From an uncultured Bacillales bacterium (GTDB taxonomy: Bacteria; Bacillota_I; Bacilli_A; RFN20; CAG-826): DNA of 64,000 nucleotides. Every line of letters begins with the position of its first letter. Positions within the stretch are counted from its first letter, which is position 1. Positions 59,539 to 64,000 of this stretch are shown here, one piece after another. The stretch lies in assembly GCA_946612115.1 (NCBI GenBank), contig CAMOEI010000005.1, positions 23,462-87,461 on the forward strand. Direction: 5' to 3'. Both the position numbers and the translations under genes were made by a program. Below the pieces are notes generated by a model that was not told the origin of the DNA, did no database searches, and worked only from the letters and a program-made list of their open reading frames with translations.

Positions 59539-60183
59539 TTACTTTTTCTCCGGAAGGAATACTTTCTTATTTTGAATAACATAGATAATACCGCTTATTA
59601 GGCTCACTAACGTAGCCGCATAAACGATAAACATACTAACTGTTAAATATGGATTATTGTTATTTGGATAAATGTAATGGAATGGGAAATCGTTTAATAA
59701 AACCGCTCCAATTGCGACCATTTGTAGGACAGTTTTTAATTTGCCGAAAATATTAGCGGCGATGACCACTCCTTTTTGAGCGGCAATAAATCTAAGGGCA
59801 TCAACCACTGTGTCTCTAGCGACCATGATGATGACACACCAAACTGGGAAAAACACTGATTGTTCATAATTATATGGAGCAAAAAAGGCGGGAGCTGTTA
59901 GGAAAATCGTCATTGTGTTAACTAAAAGTTTATCAGCAACAGGATCTAAAAATTTTCCTAAATCAGTAACCTGATTATTTTTTCTTGCAAGTTTGCCGTC
60001 TAAATGATCGGTATAGGCTGCAACGATAAAAAAGGCAAAGAGAACCAAGAAAATGAGGTTAATTCTAGTGTTGCCTAGTTCAGGAGTTGATAATCCTGGA
60101 ATAACTGATAAAACAAAAAGTGTCACAATAAGAATGACTGTTGCAACAATTCTTGAAAATGTAATTTTTGTCGGTAGATTCAT
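59539..60183 (-). CDS. pgsA: CDP-diacylglycerol--glycerol-3-phosphate 3-phosphatidyltransferase
   Basis: CDP-OH transferase motif DGKLAR…G…DPVADK; SD AAGGAGAATCAAAT-ATG. Confidence 0.85.
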   Translation of the reverse strand: MNLPTKITFSRIVATVILIVTLFVLSVIPGLSTPELGNTRINLIFLVLFAFFIVAAYTDHLDGKLARKNNQVTDLGKFLDPVADKLLVNTMTIFLTAPAFFAPYNYEQSVFFPVWCVIIMVARDTVVDALRFIAAQKGVVIAANIFGKLKTVLQMVAIGAVLLNDFPFHYIYPNNNNPYLTVSMFIVYAATLVSLISGIIYVIQNKKVFLPEKK

Positions 60184-60202
60184 ATTTGATTCTCCTTAAA
60201 TA

Positions 60203-60552
60203 GTGAGTCTTCGATCCTGTAAGCCATGTTTTGTCTAGGATGATAATTTATCTAAGATTAACTTACTCGAGTCAATTCGTTTCTTTATCGAGTCTCCCCT
60301 ACCAAACTTGGGTTTCTCACTTACGGGGTTTACCGCGTTCCACCTTACCCTTTCAGATAAGCTCCGTCACTGTGGCACTTTCAGGAACTTTACCATGGAT
60401 TTCTCTTTAGGTTAGTTTCCGCCGTCACGTACTCCTACGTGCCTAGTGTTATTTTTTCCACTAGCGTAATCACTACAGCCATCACAGACTGTGCGAGCAT
60501 GGACTTTCCTCTAACTAACTAGTAGCCAGCAATCATCCAGACCGAAGGTTTA
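60203..60552 (-). ncRNA. rnpB: RNase P RNA, Bacillus type (type B)
   Basis: Minus-strand GAGGAAAGTCCATGCTCGCAC…GAAAGTGCCACAGTGACG…GGAACGCGGTAAACCCC…GAGAAACCCAA…GGTAGGGGA…ACATGGCTTACAG. P1 pairing CTTCGGTCTGG / CAGGATCGAAG. gpsB–rnpB synteny as in B. subtilis. Confidence 0.8.
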
Positions 60553-60553
60553 A

Positions 60554-60904
60554 TTATTTTATCTCATCGGGATTAATATTCAACTTATCTTTGATATACA
60601 TCTCAAGTTTCCCGATTCTCTTGAGAAGTTCGTAATTATCGATATGAAGGTCTCTTGGGTCTTTGGAAATATATTTCCATCGAGCTTGTTCTTTTTCTAG
60701 TTCATCTTTAAGGCGTTCGATTTCATCATTTAACGCTTTTAAATCTCCTTTAGAATTAGAGACATCTCTAGATTCAATTTCACGATAGTCTTCGATAATC
60801 TTATCTAAGAAAGCATCTACTTCATCTGGGTCATAACCTTTGACGTTACTTTTGAATTGATGATTCAATAACTCACCACTAGAAAAATTTAATTTCTTGT
60901 CCAT
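60554..60904 (-). CDS. gpsB: Cell-cycle protein GpsB (DivIVA-domain)
   Basis: N-terminal DivIVA domain (FKSNVKGYDPDEVDAFLDKIIEDY) + C-terminal coiled coil; 116 aa. Confidence 0.8.
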   Translation of the reverse strand: MDKKLNFSSGELLNHQFKSNVKGYDPDEVDAFLDKIIEDYREIESRDVSNSKGDLKALNDEIERLKDELEKEQARWKYISKDPRDLHIDNYELLKRIGKLEMYIKDKLNINPDEIK

Positions 60905-61016
60905 ATCAATAATATTATCTCTTATATTGAGTTATTTTTCTATGAAAAATTATTACATATAACGAATTTTGTTCTACTTGAAATAGGCTCGCTCATTATA
61001 TAAACTTATTAAGGCT

Positions 61017-61742
61017 ATGAAAAAACTATTAAAAGCATTCAAAGGTTATCACAATTTATTATTCTTAGATTTCGAAGGAACTCAATTCTCTCATGAGATG
61101 ATTGCCTATGGGGCAATTTTTGTGAGCATCGATAAAAACGGAAAAGTCAAAAAGAAAAAAGAAGCAATCAAAAAATATGTAAAGGCCAAAAACCAAGTCG
61201 GAAAATTTGTAGAAAACTTAACTGGCATTTCTGATTTTGATTTAAGAAGATATGGAGTGAGCTTTGCACAAGCTTTAAAAGATTTAAAGAAATATTGTGG
61301 AATCAATTTTAAGAAAACCATCTTTATTACTTTTGGCCCTCATGATATGAGAATTTTAAATCAGTCTCATTCTTATAACCTTGACGCAGATAAAGATATT
61401 CTTAATATTATTAAGAAGAATTATTTAGACTTCCAAGGATTCATCTCTGAATTTATTAAAGACGACAATAATAATCCATTATCTTTGTCCCACTACCTCA
61501 ACATTTTTGGAATTGAATTTGATGGAAAAGTTCACGATCCAAAATATGATGCAATCAACCTAGAAATTCTTTATGAACAATTCATGGAGAAAAAAGATGT
61601 TGTCACTAGTGAATACAACAAAGTTTTAGCGAATAAAAATAATCTTCCTGCTCCAATTGGTAAAGTGGTTAAAAAACTTGCTTCTGGAGAAAACGTTACC
61701 GCGGAAGAATTCCAAACTTATTTAAAGGATTATATTAATTAA
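61017..61742 (+). CDS. DEDDh 3'-5' exonuclease (KapD/DnaQ-like)
   Basis: Exo I LFLDFEGT, Exo III HDPKYDAINL motifs. Confidence 0.65.
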   Translation: MKKLLKAFKGYHNLLFLDFEGTQFSHEMIAYGAIFVSIDKNGKVKKKKEAIKKYVKAKNQVGKFVENLTGISDFDLRRYGVSFAQALKDLKKYCGINFKKTIFITFGPHDMRILNQSHSYNLDADKDILNIIKKNYLDFQGFISEFIKDDNNNPLSLSHYLNIFGIEFDGKVHDPKYDAINLEILYEQFMEKKDVVTSEYNKVLANKNNLPAPIGKVVKKLASGENVTAEEFQTYLKDYIN

Positions 61743-62335
61743 TGCGTTATCCTAACGGAATAGAGTATAAAGAAGTTCTTAAAAAAGAACGTAGTCATAA
61801 AAAAGATTCGAAAGAAATCTCTATTTCGAGTGCGAATAGAGGAATGGATTTAGAACACGATATTAATTTATCTAATGATTATTACCGAGATCACGATATT
61901 TGTTTAATAACCAAAAGACCTACTCCAATCAATGTTGTTAAAGTTGATTACTCAAAAGGTGCGAAAATTACTCATGCCTATTTTGAAGAACAATCCACCA
62001 CTGACTATAACGGAGTGTATAAATCAAAATATATAGATTTTGAAGCTAAGAATACCAAAAACAAAACTTCATTTCCATTAAATAACATTACAAAGCATCA
62101 AATTGAGCATTTAAAAAGAGTCTTATTCCATAAAGGAATTGCTTTCTTTATTATACAATTCGAGCTATTAGATAAAGTTTATTTATTAGACGCTAAATAC
62201 GTTATAGATTTCTATGAAAACGGAGATCGTAAATCAATTCCATTAACTTGTTTTGAAACTAATGGAGTGGAAATAGAAAAAGCCTTTAACCCAAGGCTTA
62301 AATATATCGACGCGATCGATAAGATGTATTTTTAA
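61742..62335 (+). CDS. recU: Holliday-junction resolvase RecU
   Basis: ANRGMDLE…YIDFEAK catalytic motifs; start overlaps the upstream stop (TAATG). Confidence 0.85.
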   Translation: MRYPNGIEYKEVLKKERSHKKDSKEISISSANRGMDLEHDINLSNDYYRDHDICLITKRPTPINVVKVDYSKGAKITHAYFEEQSTTDYNGVYKSKYIDFEAKNTKNKTSFPLNNITKHQIEHLKRVLFHKGIAFFIIQFELLDKVYLLDAKYVIDFYENGDRKSIPLTCFETNGVEIEKAFNPRLKYIDAIDKMYF

Positions 62336-62955
62336 TACTTACAGATATTTCTTAACTGACAAGATTCACACTTTGGATTTTTTGCTGTACAGAAATATCT
62401 ACCAAAATGAATTAATTGGTGATGGGTTTTAATCCATCTGTCTTCCGGAATAATCTTTTTTAATTTTCTTTCAATGTCAATTGGTTCATCTTTGCTATTA
62501 GCTAAACCAAGTCGATTAGAAATTCTAATAATATGAGTGTCTACTGGTAAATCTGGGATTTTAAATACTTCGCATCTAATTACTCCAGCTGATTTATTTC
62601 CAATACCTGGTAACTTCTGTAATTCGTTTTTATCACTAGGGAGTTTGCCGTTAAATTCAGTGAGTAAAATATTCGCTAAATCTTTAATATTTTTCGCTTT
62701 ATTCTTAAAAAGACCGAGGAATTGTATATCATTTTCGATTTTTTTGATATCTCCACTAGCAAAACTTTCTAGAGTTGGAAAATCCTTAAATAGCTTTTCG
62801 GTTGCTTTATTTACTGCTTTATCAGTTGTTTGAGCAGAAAGCATCACCGCAATAGCGAGTTCATAATCTTTTGAATAAAAAAGCTCACATTTCGCATCTG
62901 GAAAAAGTGAGTCAATAAAAGGTAAAGCAATTTCAATTTTTTCTTTAGAAGTCAT
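62332..62955 (-). CDS. nth: Endonuclease III
   Basis: HhH-GPD domain (LPGIGNKSAGVI) + 4Fe-4S loop CTAKNPKCESCQLRNIC. Confidence 0.85.
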   Translation of the reverse strand: MTSKEKIEIALPFIDSLFPDAKCELFYSKDYELAIAVMLSAQTTDKAVNKATEKLFKDFPTLESFASGDIKKIENDIQFLGLFKNKAKNIKDLANILLTEFNGKLPSDKNELQKLPGIGNKSAGVIRCEVFKIPDLPVDTHIIRISNRLGLANSKDEPIDIERKLKKIIPEDRWIKTHHQLIHFGRYFCTAKNPKCESCQLRNICKY

Positions 62956-63608
62956 TATTTATCCTTATCATCATTAAGCCAATCAATCTTGGCAATTCTG
63001 ATAGTTTCTTCCAAATTTTTATCCCATTCACTACTTAAGGAAGTATGACCTTCTTCTTGAAGTTCATCTCTTTGAGACCAGGTTAATAAAATCTTATCAA
63101 CACTTCTAATTGATTTTTTTCCTCTAGATAAAGCATCTTTAAGAGCATCGATAATCATCTTGTCACTATATCCATAGGATATCCATTCATGAATCTTAGA
63201 GATTTCAACTGGGGATAATGTTCTTCCTAAAAGTTTTTCATAGTTTCCAAAGATATTTTCTAGTTCTTCATTAATCTTTTTAGATTTAGCAACTTCCTCT
63301 TCTTTTGATAAAAAGAGTTGGAATTCTTTATATAGCTTATTCTTTAAAGGTTCTAAAGAGGCGACAGTTTGTTTTCTAACAGTCTTATATTCAAAATATC
63401 CTTTAGTGATTAGCTTTGCTAAGATGCGATCGATCTCCTTAACATCTAAAGTCATTTTTAAACTTAATAAGTCAGGAGTAACAAAAGGATTACCTTGACC
63501 AATTAAATGATCAATAACAAAAATAGTCGCTAGCTCATTTTCAGAGAGTTTCATCTTTTTGTAATTTTCGATTAATAAATATCTAAAATCTAATGCTTCG
63601 GTAATCAT
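62955..63608 (-). CDS. dnaD: DnaD-domain replication-initiation / membrane-attachment protein
   Basis: 217 aa; YxxxIxxxW-type C-terminal DDBH2 region (ISKIHEWISYGYSDKMIIDALKDA); dnaD-nth synteny as in Bacillus. Confidence 0.6.
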   Translation of the reverse strand: MITEALDFRYLLIENYKKMKLSENELATIFVIDHLIGQGNPFVTPDLLSLKMTLDVKEIDRILAKLITKGYFEYKTVRKQTVASLEPLKNKLYKEFQLFLSKEEEVAKSKKINEELENIFGNYEKLLGRTLSPVEISKIHEWISYGYSDKMIIDALKDALSRGKKSIRSVDKILLTWSQRDELQEEGHTSLSSEWDKNLEETIRIAKIDWLNDDKDK

Positions 63609-63638
63609 GTTATTAATACTTTATCACATTCATTTAAA

Positions 63639-64000
63639 TCATAAATGAAGAATCTTCATTAATTCATCTTTATGAGACGATTTGTTTATTTCCATCTCAA
63701 TTTTTTGAGGATTAAGTTTCTTTAATAAATCAATATTGCTATTAATGGTCTTTAACAAATTATCTTCAATGGAAAAACCAAACTCTAAAGCGAAGCGATA
63801 AATCCTAATAATTCTAAGAGGATCTTCCTTAATTCTTGTTAATGGATCACCAATCATTCGAATGACTTTTTTATTTAAATCACTAACTCCATTAACAAAA
63901 TCAATTACTTCTAAATCCTTATTTATATATAAAGCGTTAATTGTTAAATCTCTTCTTAAAACATCTTCCTCTAATTTATCAGTGAAGATAATTTTGTTTG
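63639..64000 (-). CDS. cca: CCA-adding tRNA nucleotidyltransferase, C-proximal part of the head/neck region (gene continues beyond window end)
   Basis: Continuous minus-strand frame …RDLTINALYINKDLEVIDFVNGVSDLNKKVIRMIGDPLTRIKEDPLRIIRIYRFALEFGF… (RDxTINA and EDPLRxLRxxRF motifs). Confidence 0.6.
   Translation of the reverse strand, partial: NKIIFTDKLEEDVLRRDLTINALYINKDLEVIDFVNGVSDLNKKVIRMIGDPLTRIKEDPLRIIRIYRFALEFGFSIEDNLLKTINSNIDLLKKLNPQKIEMEINKSSHKDELMKILHL

Noticed and set aside
1-64000. CRISPR array or cas genes
   Set aside because: No array of regularly spaced identical direct repeats was seen anywhere. The only TnpB-type nuclease belongs to an IS605 element.

Overview
This is a chromosomal window from a low-GC Gram-positive (Bacillota-type) genome. 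It is mostly housekeeping genes in Bacillus-like synteny, with several accessory patches. Standard genetic code and rho-independent terminators of the form AAAGACCC-loop-GGGTCTTT throughout.

Housekeeping blocks:
- rny–ymdB–miaB–ymcA–miaA–fhs
- pgsA–cinA(C-terminal only)–recA
- gpsB–rnpB
- dnaD–nth–recU
- metK, hpf, pgi, argS, ispF, ychF, rpoE, nrnA, pepF
- six tRNAs in a cluster plus isolated tRNA-His, tRNA-Leu(GAG) and tRNA-Gln(CUG)

Accessory or unusual content:
- A 3-gene module next to tRNA-His: a Schlafen/AlbA_2-like ATPase with an HTH, a pRiA4b ORF-3-like protein, and a frameshifted Cys-rich remnant.
- An intact IS200/IS605 element (tnpA plus the RNA-guided-nuclease-type tnpB).
- A family of acidic lipoproteins with Gly/Ser linkers. 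One is embedded in a translationally coupled cysE–lipoprotein–sdaA operon.
- A choline-kinase-like::NifU_C fusion gene beside a VanZ gene and a heterodimeric ABC exporter.
- Two tandem fused ABC-ATPase/FtsX (MacB-like) genes.
- A ~55-bp AT-rich palindromic element duplicated upstream of recA and upstream of the ABC/FtsX pair.
- A riboswitch-like attenuator before metK that does not match SAM-I.
- Candidate sRNA-like hairpins in one intergenic region.

No CRISPR array was seen. All calls are from reading the sequence and the six-frame ORF track against remembered family motifs; no searches were run.
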